Shown here in pieces: positions 1 through 12,570 of a stretch of 64,000 nucleotides of DNA (position 1 is its first letter; the number at the start of each line of letters is the position of its first letter). The notes beneath the pieces were generated by a model. The model did no database searches, was not told the DNA's origin, and worked only from the letters and a program-made list of their open reading frames with translations. Source of the DNA: Octopus vulgaris. Lineage: Eukaryota. A program made the translations under genes and the position numbers. The stretch lies in NCBI GenBank assembly GCA_951406725.2, contig OX597827.1, positions 59,644,001 to 59,708,000 of the forward strand. Reading direction: 5' to 3'.

Positions 1-377
1 GACTTGTGTGTTTGTGCTTCTGTTTATAATATCACTGTGTTTGTCATGTGTGAACACCTATGTTAGCGTCTGTGTGTATGTATGTATGTATGTATGTATG
101 TATGTATGTATGTATGTATGTATGTATGTATGTATGCCAGCATGTATACGTGTGTCAATGTGTATGTACGTGAAGGCGTATGAGCGTGAATATATGGAAG
201 ACTATATGTGTATGTTTGTAAATGTCTACCCATAAATGCGTGTGGCTGTTTCCGTCGATGGATTTTGAATGTCTATATGTATATTAATGTGTGTGTGTGA
301 TTTTGGGGTGCAAGTGAATATATGTATATTCTATATATGAACTTGTAATCGGACGAGCATGCACAGGCAAAGGTACG

Positions 378-453
<76 letters not shown>

Positions 454-707
454 CATCTATCTATCTACATGTTTGTCCGCTTGTCTATCTGTGAATGTGC
501 TCATGTGTCAGTGTATGTGCGTGTATTAGGGGTGTGTGTGTATGTGTGTGTGTGAATGCATGTAGAGAAGTTAGTGGAACCCTGTTTGTTAAAATCATTA
601 CTACTACTACTACTTAATGCGAAGTCATAATAATTAACAACAACAACAACAATAATAATAATGATGATGATGATGATGATGATGATGATAATAATAATAA
701 TAATAAC

Positions 708-751
<44 letters not shown>

Positions 752-1617
752 GCTCCTTGAAATCCATCAAGGATATTTTTCCCTTGTTACTATGGTAATG
801 GGTGGATATTTCCTTGTTGCCATTCCTGTCTGTTCATCTTCGTTACATTCATCACACTAACACTTATCCTATCCTCCCACCTCTCTCTCTCTCTCTTTCT
901 CCATCTCTCATTCCGCCCTCTCTTTCGCTCTTTGTTTCTGTCGTGGCCACTGTCTGTCTGAGTGCCAATATGTCTGCCTCTTAGATCACGGCTACGGCCA
1001 TGTTGCTCATTTGACATCTGGAAGATAATTAGGTCTCTCCCTCTCAGTTTCTTCCTCCCAGTCTCTCCCTTTCACTCTCCCTTTTCTCTCAGTTTCTATT
1101 TCCTCCCCCCCTTCATCTCCTGGCTTTTTGTCTTGTTCACCGACAAAGTCTTTCTTTCCTTTAAGTTCAGTTTTACACCATGTTGCATGTTCTCCCTTAT
1201 TTTGGCTATAAGTCAGCTTGAAAGTAGAAAAAAAAAGGTGCCCATCACCCCCACTAGCGCCACCACCGCAGTAATGTGCCAGTTCCGGCATTTGATTCTC
1301 AAAGGAAAAGAGGTTGCTAAAAAGAGCTAAACATGTTACCTTCAATTTGGTTTTAAGTGCCTGTCTTCACTAATGGCCATGAATGTTGATATATATATAT
1401 ATATATATATATCCATCCATCCATCCACATACATACATACATATACACTTTTTTATCCAAGGGGAGGCAATAGGAGCAACAACCACAGGAACACCACAAA
1501 ATTCAAAGATAGACCAAACACATGCAAAACTTATATACTAGTTTATATACTAGTCTATTTCCAGTCCGTTTTATATCTTGGGTGTTGTTGTCACTCAAGA
1601 TATAACTTTATATTTTG

Positions 1618-1655
<38 letters not shown>

Positions 1656-1891
1656 AGAGGGGTTTAATACCTCTAAGGGATAATAAAAATCCAGAGTCGC
1701 CCCTGGCTATTAGCTGGGTAGGTACAGTCTTTTGTAAGGTTGAACGGTAGTAAGTGGTTCGGTTGGTGAACCGGAGTTTAGGTTATATAGGAGAAGAAAA
1801 TGGATAAAACAACAATGAGAAACTCGTGGTTTACGTTGGTATGTCTTTCATTAAATAGGTAAGAAAGAAGGAAGAAGCAGAGATGAGGGTA

Positions 1892-1942
1892 GCATTTACG
1901 ATCGTTTAGATTTACTGGTTTAAGTAAATCTCTTCAGAATGC
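1892..1942 (-). ncRNA. Type-I hammerhead ribozyme motif with one core mutation
   Basis: Minus strand: GCATT CTGAAGA GATTTACT-TAAACC-AGTAAATC TAAAC GATC GTA AATGC. 5-bp helix I, 8-bp helix II, palindromic GATC loop III. GAAA is changed to TAAA. Confidence 0.75.
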
Positions 1943-2013
1943 GAAAATAGATAGATGCATCGGTTAAGATGCGAAAACAATTGATACATATGTGATGGTA
2001 ATGTAATCATCAC

Positions 2014-2068
<55 letters not shown>

Positions 2069-2086
2069 ATATATAATGTCTGTCTC

Positions 2087-2141
<55 letters not shown>

Positions 2142-2198
2142 GTCTCTCTGTCTCTCTCTGTCTCTCTCTCTCTGTCTCTCTGTATGTCTGTCTGTCTC

Positions 2199-2254
<56 letters not shown>

Positions 2255-2531
2255 ACACAGAGAGAGATCGTTTCGGAATAATTATGCAAAGTGTATAAAC
2301 AGATGATGAGTAAAGCACCGGCACAGTTTAGGTTACCTGTTGTTATCCATAGATTTACTCCAGGAACTTCATAGTGGCAGCTAGGGTAATAGTATTAATA
2401 ATATAGATGGAATGTTTATTAGACTTTATTGAGTCGTTCTGGGCCTCTTCGGGTACATCAATACAAAATTTGCAGTAGATATTTCTTGTGTCGGCATGCT
2501 TACCACTATACGTCCATCTTTTTTTGTTGAT

Positions 2532-2576
2532 GTATCTGTAGAGACCCAGAACGACGGGTCGAAACATGTGTCGTAC
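2532..2576 (+). ncRNA. Type-I hammerhead ribozyme motif (variant core)
   Basis: GTAT CTGTAGA GACCC-AGAACGAC-GGGTC GAAAC ATGT GTC GTAC, followed by AATAAA at 2579. Confidence 0.65.
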
Positions 2577-2598
2577 TCAATAAAATATAATACACATT

Positions 2599-2677
2599 CC
2601 ATCTCCTAATTTATTAATACCATTATATAGTACTATAAAGTATTATATATATTATATAATATTACATATATATATAA

Positions 2678-2737
<60 letters not shown>

Positions 2738-2738
2738 G

Positions 2739-2772
<34 letters not shown>

Positions 2773-2777
2773 TATAT

Positions 2778-2838
<61 letters not shown>

Positions 2839-2880
2839 CTTTATAGTACTATATAATGGTATTAATAAATTAGGAGATGG
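2599..2880. repeat. Perfect 50-bp inverted repeat around a (TA)n spacer
   Basis: 2599-2648 (ccatctcctaatttattaataccattatatagtactataaagtattatat) is the reverse complement of 2831-2880. Confidence 0.9.
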
Positions 2881-2882
2881 TT

Positions 2883-2920
<38 letters not shown>

Positions 2921-2922
<2 letters not shown>

Positions 2923-3133
2923 AACCCCGTCCCCTCAAAAGAAACGAAGAAAAAAAACAAGAAAAACCAACAACGCGAGGACGTGGTACATGTAAGGTAT
3001 TAATAAGACGCTCAGGGAAGGCAAAACATGGTTTTACGTTTCGAGAAAAGCTCTTCTTCAGAAACAGGAGACAGAGGAAAGCCCAAAAGAAGAGGAAGAC
3101 GGAGGAAAAAACTGTCAACAATCCACGTGTAGT

Positions 3134-3134
<1 letters not shown>
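2921..3134 (-). mobile_element. ~200-bp hammerhead-bearing (TA)n-associated element, copy A (ribozyme 3031-3065)
   Basis: GTTT CTGAAGA A GAG-CTTTT-CTC GAAAC GTA AAAC. Shares the caacaacgcgaggacgtg and gacgctcagg blocks with copies at 8.2, 25.0 and 61.0 kb. Confidence 0.8.
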
Positions 3135-3167
<33 letters not shown>

Positions 3168-4046
3168 TATAAGTTGAAAATGTCGCAAAGGCTGAAACCG
3201 GTACTAAAATGTTCTTCATGATAAAATTATTTTAGAATTTTCTACCTTGTCCTATTTTCTTTATATGTGTGTGCGTGTGTGCGCGTATATATGTATATAT
3301 ATATATATATGTGTGTGTATTTAACGTATATGTATTTAAAAGTCACAATGACAAACGTTGTTTTAGATATCACAATGACGGAAGGGTCTCGGCTGGAACG
3401 TCTTTGATCATAAATTTGCACAACGTATGTCGATCTGAGTACTAAACAACAATAGCATCGACTTCAAATCCTCCACTATCACCTCTACACCTTCCTCTCC
3501 GCCTCCTCCTCATTTCACGATATCCCTACCACCACCATACAACCACTAGGAACAATGGCTGTCCATAACATCCTAGTTCTGTTATGTGATTGTCACATGA
3601 GTGTCAGAGAAGGTGTCAGAAACTGCGATCTCAACTATCAATATCCAGAGAGCGATAGGTAGAGGAGAAGATCCAGAGAGAACAAGAGAGGAAACTAAGT
3701 GCGAGTGAAAAATAGAGCGGAGGAAGAGAAACAGTGAGAGAGTAGAAAGAGAAGAAAGACAGGGGTGGGGGGGGACTCTGAGCTATTTAAGAAAAGGAGA
3801 GAGGGAGAGGAAGAGAAGAGTGTGTAGAAAGTATGAGACAGGTAGACACATAAAAAGTAAGACAAAGCAAAGTGACAGATATATAGTCCATCAGATAGAT
3901 GGCAGGTGGATGGGTTGGCTGGTTGGTTGGTTGGTTGGTTGGTAGGTGGGTGGTTAGAGACATTGTGAATGGGTGTATAAAGAGATAAAGACTAAGTTGG
4001 TGTTGATAGATACACAGAAGGATATGTGTGTGCGCGCGTTTTAAAC

Positions 4047-4108
<62 letters not shown>

Positions 4109-4117
4109 GTATTTTCA

Positions 4118-4270
4118 TTCTTTTACTTGTTTCAGTCATTTGACTGCGGCCAAGCTGGAGCACTGCCTTTAGTCGAACAAATAGACCAGGACTTATTCTT
4201 TGAAGGCCTAGTACCTATTCGACCGTTCTCTTTTGCCGAACCGCTAAGTTATGGGCACGCAAACACATCA
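4118..4270 (-). mobile_element. SINE family B, 3' fragment
   Basis: ttttacttgtttcagtcatttgactgcggcc...ttttgccgaaccgctaagtta matches the reverse complement of the tail of 20568-20975. Confidence 0.85.
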
Positions 4271-4809
4271 TCCAACTGTTAAACGTGAAGGAGGATATGG
4301 GATGATCGGGGGTGGAGCTATATCTTGGAAATCCACTGGCCCAATGGCTTATCTTCATGGCAGAATTAATAGTCAAGACTATTTAAGCATTTTTATCTGA
4401 TCAAATTCATCCTATAGTTGCGAAACTGATTCCCGGAGGGAAAGGCAGTCTTCAGGATGATAATGCACCAATTCACACGGCTAAAGTTGTTCCTGAATGG
4501 CACGAGGAACATTCTAGTGAAGTTGAACAACTTTTCTGGCCACCACAGTCCCTAGAGCTCAATATTATTGAACATTTATGGTGCATTTTAGAAAAAAACA
4601 AGTAAGGAGTCGATATCCTCCACCATCATCACTACAAGAACTGGAGATTGTTTTAGCTGAAGAATGGACAAAAATTCCTTTGGAAACAATTCAAACTCTG
4701 TATGAGTCCATACCTCATAGAATTCAAGCTGTTATTACTGCCAAAGGCGGTCCAACCCCATATTAAAATTTGTTTGAAATTTCAAGGTATTTACATTATT
4801 TTGTCAAAC

Positions 4810-4815
<6 letters not shown>
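4270..4815 (+). pseudogene. Decayed Tc1-like (DD34E-type) transposase, C-terminal half plus 3' end
   Basis: Frameshifted translation PTVKREGG...GAISWKSTGPM...QDDNAPIHTAKVV...WPPQSLELNIIEHLW...SIPHRIQAVITAKGGPTPY* carries hallmark Tc1 motifs. Confidence 0.9.
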
Positions 4816-4878
<63 letters not shown>

Positions 4879-4948
4879 TATATATATATATATGAGTGAG
4901 TAGAGAAACGAAAGAAGGGCAATCAACACATCTATTGGGAATTACGTT

Positions 4949-5093
4949 TGAATCAAAGCAGGTTGATTCAATCCCCTTGGTATCCTGAGTTTCAAGCGTG
5001 ATGCTAATCTTCGGGCAAACTCCAATGTCCGAACATTAATTTCACATTTGAAACCAGAGTACCAAGGAGTTTGAATTAAGCTGTTTTGATTCA
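4949..5093. repeat. 145-bp imperfect fold-back palindrome (arms ~68 bp, 8-nt loop) abutting (TA)n
   Basis: 4949-5017 aligns end to end with the reverse complement of 5026-5093, with scattered mismatches. Confidence 0.85.
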
Positions 5094-5100
5094 TATATAT

Positions 5101-5131
<31 letters not shown>

Positions 5132-5195
5132 TATATATACGGATGAATGAATTATCCTTTGTTTACCGTTAACATGGAAAATTCAGGCTCGCTTT

Positions 5196-5277
5196 CTTTC
5201 CTGATGAGAAGATTGCACTTTTCACCGTTTATTCCTCTAGAATAATACCATGTTGTCGTCGAAACATATGTCGAAAG
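5196..5277 (+). ncRNA. Type-I hammerhead motif with long, degenerate helix II
   Basis: CTTTC CTGATGA G...(~50 nt)...C GAAAC ATAT GTC GAAAG. Perfect core, 5-bp helix I, palindromic ATAT loop III, lying between (TA)n tracts. Confidence 0.7.
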
Positions 5278-5319
5278 TAAAAGAATTTTAAAAGATCTTC
5301 GTTCAACTCCATTTATTTA

Positions 5320-5367
<48 letters not shown>

Positions 5368-5517
5368 AACACTTTTTCCTGCAAAATAGGAGTGGCTTCT
5401 CCTGTTCAGGCTATAATTATTGGCATTGTCCTGCGTTTGAGAATTTAAAATCATTTCTTTAACTTTCTAAGACATTTCAACGCTTCTAAAGCACATTTCA
5501 TTTGTTAACGTTCATCG

Positions 5518-5578
<61 letters not shown>

Positions 5579-6202
5579 TACATGGGTAGTAGCTTGTTGT
5601 GATCGCATTCAGATTAACAATAATTGTTGATAACATTTAGCAAATTTTGTTAAAAGCGGTAAATAAAATTGTCGATAATGATAAGCGGATTCACAGGTGT
5701 CTGACTAGGCTCGCCTGAGGAGATCTAATTATATCGAAACATGTCCATTTTGGGGACCAGTTTTACTTTAAAGTACATTATTCGTTTACACATTTGCTTT
5801 AGAGATCAAGTCGTCTGACCCCTTTATCAAACATATAACTACAAATAACATTATCATTTTGAACTGGACTGATATAATTACATTAATGTAATTTTAAATA
5901 CAATACTATAATTACCAGATCCACTGATGAGGTAAAGAGGACCGAAACACGTATACAAACTTAATAAGGTCATTGAATACAAAAGAGATTAAGCATATCA
6001 TTATATGTGTTCTTTAGGTTCCTTCAAACAGAACAACCGACAGGAATGCGAGATGAGAAAGGACGGACCCGACTTTATCAGCAACGTATACACCCTCACT
6101 CACGAAATAAATAAATAAATAAGTAAACAAATAAATGTAAAAATAGATGAGTAAAAGCGTGAATAAAACTACTAAGCGAAAGAAAAAGGTACACTATCTT
6201 GT

Positions 6203-6238
<36 letters not shown>

Positions 6239-6272
6239 GTATGTATTGTCCCAGTTTGTATTTTTTTACATT

Positions 6273-6336
<64 letters not shown>

Positions 6337-6445
6337 CACACACACACATATATGTATATGTATGTATGTCCCCTTCTCTAAAGCAGCTTATCACAACGTA
6401 TGTATTTAAAGTTCTCTTTTCCACTATCACTTTCCTCTCACCCTC

Positions 6446-6486
<41 letters not shown>

Positions 6487-6525
6487 CAATTTGTTAATGT
6501 GTGTGTGTTTGCATTAGATGTGTCC

Positions 6526-6619
<94 letters not shown>

Positions 6620-6848
6620 AGATTTTCCTTCATTATCGCTATGCATCTTCGCATTTACCGCTTAGCTAGCATTATAATTCAAAGAGAAAATTATCAGCTC
6701 TTTTGTGTTAAGAGTTAATTTAGTTACGATAGAGAGCACCAAGCGTATCGTCTCAATCTCGCTTTCATTGTCATGCTTTGCTTACTCCTCTCCTGGGAAT
6801 AAAATTCTCTTTTTTTTCCACCCCATTCAGCTCTTGATTTATGAATAG

Positions 6849-6924
<76 letters not shown>

Positions 6925-7929
6925 AATATAAATATATATATATATATTTATATATAAATATATCTTATAATATATTCCATATACATATAAATGTGTTTGT
7001 GTGTATGTGGTTATATGCTTGGTTTTAATTCTTTTTGTATTTTTGTCAGGTAATAGTGACACCTAAATCTTATCATGTAGTTCTTACTATCTAGGTCTCA
7101 ACATAAATTCACACACGCACAAACACACACACATACACACACACGCGCACATTAGTCCCATATACAAATATTCTACACATACTCATAAATACAACATAGA
7201 AATACAAGAAACTATACAAGTGCATAGTCTTTGTATGCATGTGTGTGTGTGTGTGGAAAGACTGAGATACGTTTATAGTTGTAGAAACTAGTCTTCAGGA
7301 TTATGTGTGTGATTTTGTGTATCTGTAATGTATGAAAGATATAATGAGAGAGGGGGAGATAAAGAGAAGAAAGCGAGAGAAAGAAAGACTGAAACAAAGA
7401 AAATAAGAAAAAGAAAGAAAGAGAAAAAGGAAGGGAAAGACAGAAAGATATAAAGACAAAGAGATATAGAGACAGAGAGATCTTGGCTCCTGATTTGGGG
7501 AACGCGTCATCATATATACGACTTGCATGAGATTCGCTATATGTGTTAGTGCTTTTAGCTCTAAGACACACTTGATCCAGCAGACTTATGATCCAGAGTG
7601 TTCCAATTATGACCATTGCATCGAATTTCGTATTACGTAAAACTACATATCTTAAAGCACCCATAAAACGCTCTCGTCCACGTGTCTCAAAAATAACCCC
7701 TGGCCTTATATAAATATATATATATATATGTATGCATGTATATATATATATATATGTATGTATGTATGCATGCGAATATATATATATATATATAACGAGA
7801 AAAACGGTGCTGAGTTGTCAAACATTTAAACCAAATTTTCTCAAAACAACTTGTCCGACGGTCCCATAGGCCTCCCCTTTAGGAAACACTGATTTAACCT
7901 AAATTTGAGACAACAGTAAAAGAAGAAAT

Positions 7930-8139
7930 AAAGATATACTTTTTTCTATTCCAAAGAAAATCGATTTTATTCACGCTATCGATCGCTTTTTCACCTGGAA
8001 TCGATTTTTGTAATTGTAAGATTTATACACTCCCTGATACAGTCGGTATCTACATATCAAATTTGAACGCAATCGGATGGAGGATGTCCGAGATCCAAGA
8101 AGACACACACACAGACAGAACGAATTTTATATAATAGAT
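7930..8139 (-). mobile_element. Helitron-like non-autonomous element, terminal fragment
   Basis: caaatttgaacgcaatcgg...acacacagacaga...ttttatataatagat has the same end architecture as 12110-12210. Confidence 0.45.
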
Positions 8140-8140
8140 G

Positions 8141-8296
8141 AATTAAAAAATAAAAGCGAAGAAAAACGCAACAAGAAAAAACAACAACGCGAGGACGTGA
8201 TACATACAAAGTATTAGAAGATGCTCAGTGAAAGAAAGAAAGGTAGTTTTACGTTTCGAGCAAAGGCTCTTCTTCAGAGCCAGGAGACAGAGGAAA

Positions 8297-8298
<2 letters not shown>
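8141..8298 (-). mobile_element. Hammerhead-bearing element copy B, truncated (ribozyme 8246-8281, helix I damaged)
   Basis: GGCT CTGAAGA A GAGC-CTTT-GCTC GAAAC GTA AAAC. Homologous to copy A and ends in (TA)n. Confidence 0.75.
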
Positions 8299-8380
<82 letters not shown>

Positions 8381-8758
8381 GTATATACATATGTACATAT
8401 ATGTCTTTGTTGCCATACACATTCGCTAGCTTTCTTACAAAGAGGTCTAACGCTCTTAGCTTAGACTTTTGTAGTGGCAACTAGATTGAACCATCTCAAG
8501 TGTAACTGCCCGAAATGGTCATGACTTCTGAGACATGACCGACGACAGAAAGCTCAGAATGACCCGTCTCTTTTTGCTTGTCCTAATTGTTGCTTCTCTT
8601 GTCCATTTTGTATTGTCTATCTATCTGTCCGAACGTTTTAATGCCTTCTATTGTGTTTTTGTTCCATTTATATACACACACACATATATATATATATATA
8701 GCAGAAGTTGAGCATATCTATATATATATATATAGCGAAGTTGAGATTATATATATAC

Positions 8759-8805
<47 letters not shown>

Positions 8806-10049
8806 TGTGTGTATGTGTGTACGTGTATGTGTGTGTATTATTACTAATAAAATATAAGAGCAAAATGACTTTAACATTCTATTATATATTTCATTAATAA
8901 TATATTTTCTCATGACGCGTTTCTTTCACATTCACACGCACACATTCACAAATACACATTCACACATAATCACATTCACACGGAATCAAGCATTACTATA
9001 CGCAATAATAATAAAAGAGAGCGAGAGGAGGAGGTGGGTGGGCTGAAGCTAAAAATCCTGCATGAATGTGTTAAGACTGACCTAAATGTTTGTTGGAAAA
9101 AGTCTGTGGGTTTTGAAGACCTACTTAAGACGGTGAATGATTGAGTGAGCGAAAGAGAAAAAGAAAGGGAAAGAAAGAAAGAAAGAGAATGGGAGTGTGT
9201 GTATGTGTGTGAGAGAGAGAGACAGACAGACAGATAGAGAATGAAAATGAGCGCCTCCCCACCTACACACAAACGCAAAAAATCAACCGAAATGTATGGC
9301 AGACCGTCCATGCGAAACTGGAAATCACCCAAGGATAGAATTTTGAACGACGGTCTTGTTGTGGGCCGTTGGGCCTTTCGTTGTTTACCCCTATGCCAGA
9401 CACCTGATCAGGCAAACCTATGATCCAAAAGTTTTCCAGCAATGATCATCTCGTCTTTTACACACATGCGCGCGCATATATATGTATGAATGTATGGCTA
9501 TCTCTCAATGCATATACCAATCTCTTTCTGTATCTAGCTTTGAAAAATATAAACTCAACGTGAGCCATTGTAGGATTTGAAATCAGGACGTAAAGATATG
9601 TAACAAAATATTGCTCTACTGATTCAGGCAATGAAACCCTAAAAAACCCCTAAAACCCGTATTTGATAGCAGGAAATGGGTACAGGCATTCGAGATGCAC
9701 CCAAATTTCTGAAGCGCGATTTCAGGAAAGACATATCTTAGTGCATTAAAGAATGCGATACTGATTTCAAATTTTGGTAAAAGGCCAGTAATTTCAAGGG
9801 CGGGGGTAAGTTGATTATATTGAACCCCCCCCCCCCAGTACTCAATCGCTGGAGCACAACGGCTGGAAGAAAGGAAGAAAGAAAAACAAAAGGATATGCA
9901 TGGGTCGCACAGCTAAAGAAAAGAAGACAAAAGGAAGAGGAAGAATCGTTCCTCCTTTTTTGTGGAGACCCCTCCTTTTTTTTTTTTCTTACCAAGAGGA
10001 GATAGTGAGGTTATCGAGCCTTGCTTCGGCTGAGAATAAATAATATTAA

Positions 10050-10368
10050 CTTTGTCCTATTTTAACGACCCTGAAAGAGTGAAATACAAAATCAACCTCG
10101 ACGGAATTCGAACGCAGAAAATGAAGACGGCCGAAATGCCTATTTCTTTACTATCCACAAGGGGCTAAACACAGAGGAGACAAACAAGGACAGACAAACG
10201 GATTAAGTCGGTTATATCGACCCCAGTGCATAACTGGTACTTAATTTGTCGACCCCGAAAGGATGAAAGGCAAAGTCGACCTTGGCGGAATTTGAACTCA
10301 GAACGTAACGGCAGACGAATTGCCGCTCAGCATTTTGCCCGGCGTGCTAACAATTCTGGCTGCTCGCA
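10050..10368 (-). mobile_element. tRNA-derived SINE family A (nested copies)
   Basis: Reverse complement of the ggcgagctggcagaa...gagttcaaattccgccgaggtcgactttgcctttcatcctttcggggtcga consensus seen many times in the window. B-box-like GAGTTCAAATTCC. Confidence 0.85.
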
Positions 10369-10404
10369 TCCATATTAAAGCGTGTAATATTTAAAGCAAT
10401 CTTC

Positions 10405-10550
10405 ATGTTCTGAGTTCAAATTCCACCGATCTCGACTTTGCTTTTCATCCCTTTGAAATCAATGAAATAAGTACCAGCTGAACACTGGAGATGTAATCGA
10501 CTTACCCCCTCCCCGGAAATTGCTGGCCTTGTCCCAAAATTTGAAATCTA
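10405..10550 (+). mobile_element. SINE family A, partial
   Basis: gttctgagttcaaattcc...gactttgcttttcatccc...aagtaccag. Confidence 0.8.
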
Positions 10551-10914
10551 TGTTTAAAGTAATCTAGCAAAGCATTGCAGGACTAGATCAGTTATAGCAA
10601 AAAATATGACTGGATATAACAAGGAAAGTTGGTAGTACAGCTGAAAATAAAGCAAGACATCACAATAATAAAAATAGCCTGCAAGGAAAAAATTAATTCA
10701 TTGGAGGCCCAACTTCGCAAGTAGGACTTGGGGTGACGTTTTTCTCTTTTGAGACATATTTTCGGGGAAAAAAAAATCTGTTTTATATACCATCAAATCT
10801 GCTAAGTAACATCGGTAAAATAACGACCGAAATGATATGAAAACCGCATTAACGGCTTCAAAAATCCGAAAGCCTGAAGGAAAAGTAGTAATATAAAGAT
10901 ATAATCCTACTTAC

Positions 10915-10986
10915 AATCTCTCCATGGCGAAGAGGTCACGGAAAGCTTCCTTCTCAATTTTGGTAATCCTGTTTTCCGGTAGCTGT
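10915..10986 (-). CDS. slit: Slit LRR exon (72 bp, phase 2/2), encodes QLPENRITKIEKEAFRDLFAMERL; corresponds to Slit exon 3
   Basis: Minus strand reads ...tctcttgtttcttcattacAG|A CAG CTA CCG GAA AAC...GAG AGA TT|GTAAGT. 72 bp, and joins the previous exon in frame (CT+A = Leu). Aligns to recalled SLIT2 [24 protein letters not shown], the repeat directly after the previous one. Confidence 0.93.
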
Positions 10987-11047
10987 CTGTAATGAAGAAA
11001 CAAGAGAGAAAATATAGAAACACGCGTAATAATCATTGTACTCGTGT

Positions 11048-11460
11048 AAGATGGCGAGCTGGTAGAATCGTTTGCACGTCCAGTCAGGACGTTTAGCGGC
11101 ATTTCATCCGTCTATTTTTTTTCTGAGTTCAAATCCTGCCAAAATCGATTTTGCCTTTCGTCCTTTCGGGGTCGATAAAATGAATACCTGTGCAGCACTG
11201 AGGTCGATGTAATGGACATACCTTCTCCACCCCAAAAATTGCTGGGCTTGTGTCAAAATTTACTGATAGGCACAAAGTCTGAATTTTTGAAGGAAGGAGA
11301 TGGTCGATTACATCGGCCACAGTATTCCACTGGTACTTATTTTATCAACTCCGAAGGAGAGGAAAAGCAAAATTGACTTCGACGGAATTTGAACCCAGAA
11401 CTTAAAAGCAAGAAGAAATGTCGTTGTGCAGTTTGAACAGCACGGCAACGATTCCACAGC
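11048..11460. mobile_element. Two SINE family A copies, tail-to-tail inverted (+ 11048-11260; - 11265-11460)
   Basis: Both match the family consensus, in opposite orientations, and are almost abutting. Confidence 0.8.
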
Positions 11461-11553
11461 ACGACAACGCAGATACAGAAGTAATATATAAGTTTGTAGA
11501 TATGTATATCTATACACCCACATCACCTAGAATCACCAGGCTTTTATAGAAAA

Positions 11554-12210
11554 CTAGCATTATGACCCGTCTTCGCCGGGTCATAGTGCTAGTGCATGTA
11601 TATATGTGTATATATATATGTGTACATATTACATGTACATCTATATATATACATCTACAGATAAAATACAAAATACAAAGTTATATCTTGATACCGCTAG
11701 TGATAACAATACTCAAAATATATAACAAACTGGAATTGTAGGACTATTCCATTTCTGCACACTAGTTTTATTTTTTAACTTATTCCCATTCATGTGAAAC
11801 CACTTATTCAAGTTCAAGTCATTGATGCAATTTTATACCAATTGCTATTTTTACTTTTGTAATGTTACGATTATATTATACTTCAGTTTGATTTTAATTA
11901 TTACTTACTACATATAATTCAATTGTTATTATTATCTCTAATTTTTATTGTTACAGTGAAAGTATCTGACATAAAATAGAGAAATGTTTTTGTTTCACTT
12001 TTAACACGTAATACTGAAATAGTGGAGAAGATATGATATTGCTATGGGCTCGCCCTAGGCAAGAAGTTGAACTTTTTTTTGCCCATGAAACTACATGGGC
12101 CCTAAGTAAGGCATGTGTAAAATTTGAATAGAATTGGTAGTGTAGTTCTCAAGTTTTAGGGAAACACACAGACAGACACACACACACATTCTCAGTTTTA
12201 TATATAGAGA
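11554..12210 (-). mobile_element. Non-autonomous Helitron-like element, interrupted by a (TA)n-associated insertion
   Basis: Minus strand starts TCtctatatataaaa at 12210 and ends with the hairpin atgacccggcgaagacgggtcat followed by CTAG|T at 11554, i.e. Helitron-type termini. Confidence 0.65.
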
Positions 12211-12399
12211 AATTATCAAAGTGATTGTGAAGCTTGAGATCTTGCTGTTTATATTATAACCAAGTGCTTTCAATAAATAATAAAATAAAGATTGCTCTAA
12301 TTTGCAAATAGGAAAAAGTAAGAACATAGTCCCTGGTTGAATAAATGGAAAAGTCTGAGTCGATGATTCTATTTATGGACTCCACAGCGCAGGTTATGA

Positions 12400-12570
12400 T
12401 CACTGTAAGTGCGTGTGAGTGTGTGTGTTAATTACTGTGGAGGATTGAAAAGGTATGCCAAAAGAATTCATACTATGGCACCTGTCCCCTCTTCCAGCCA
12501 GCACAGCTGTGTATTATGCAACAAAATGTGCAAATATTTGGCCGGGTCTCAAAAGTCATACAAGGGCCTG
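12400..12570 (+). mobile_element. Probable RTE-type LINE C-terminal C2H2 relic
   Basis: CVLCNKMCKYLAG(L)KSH with a frameshift, plus a second degenerate finger upstream. Confidence 0.4.

Larger units (their letters stand above)
1..10914 (-). other. slit: 5' part of the next slit intron (more than 10.9 kb, continues beyond the window)
   Basis: GTAAGT donor at 10914. I found no further 72-bp LRR exon in 1-10914. Confidence 0.75.
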
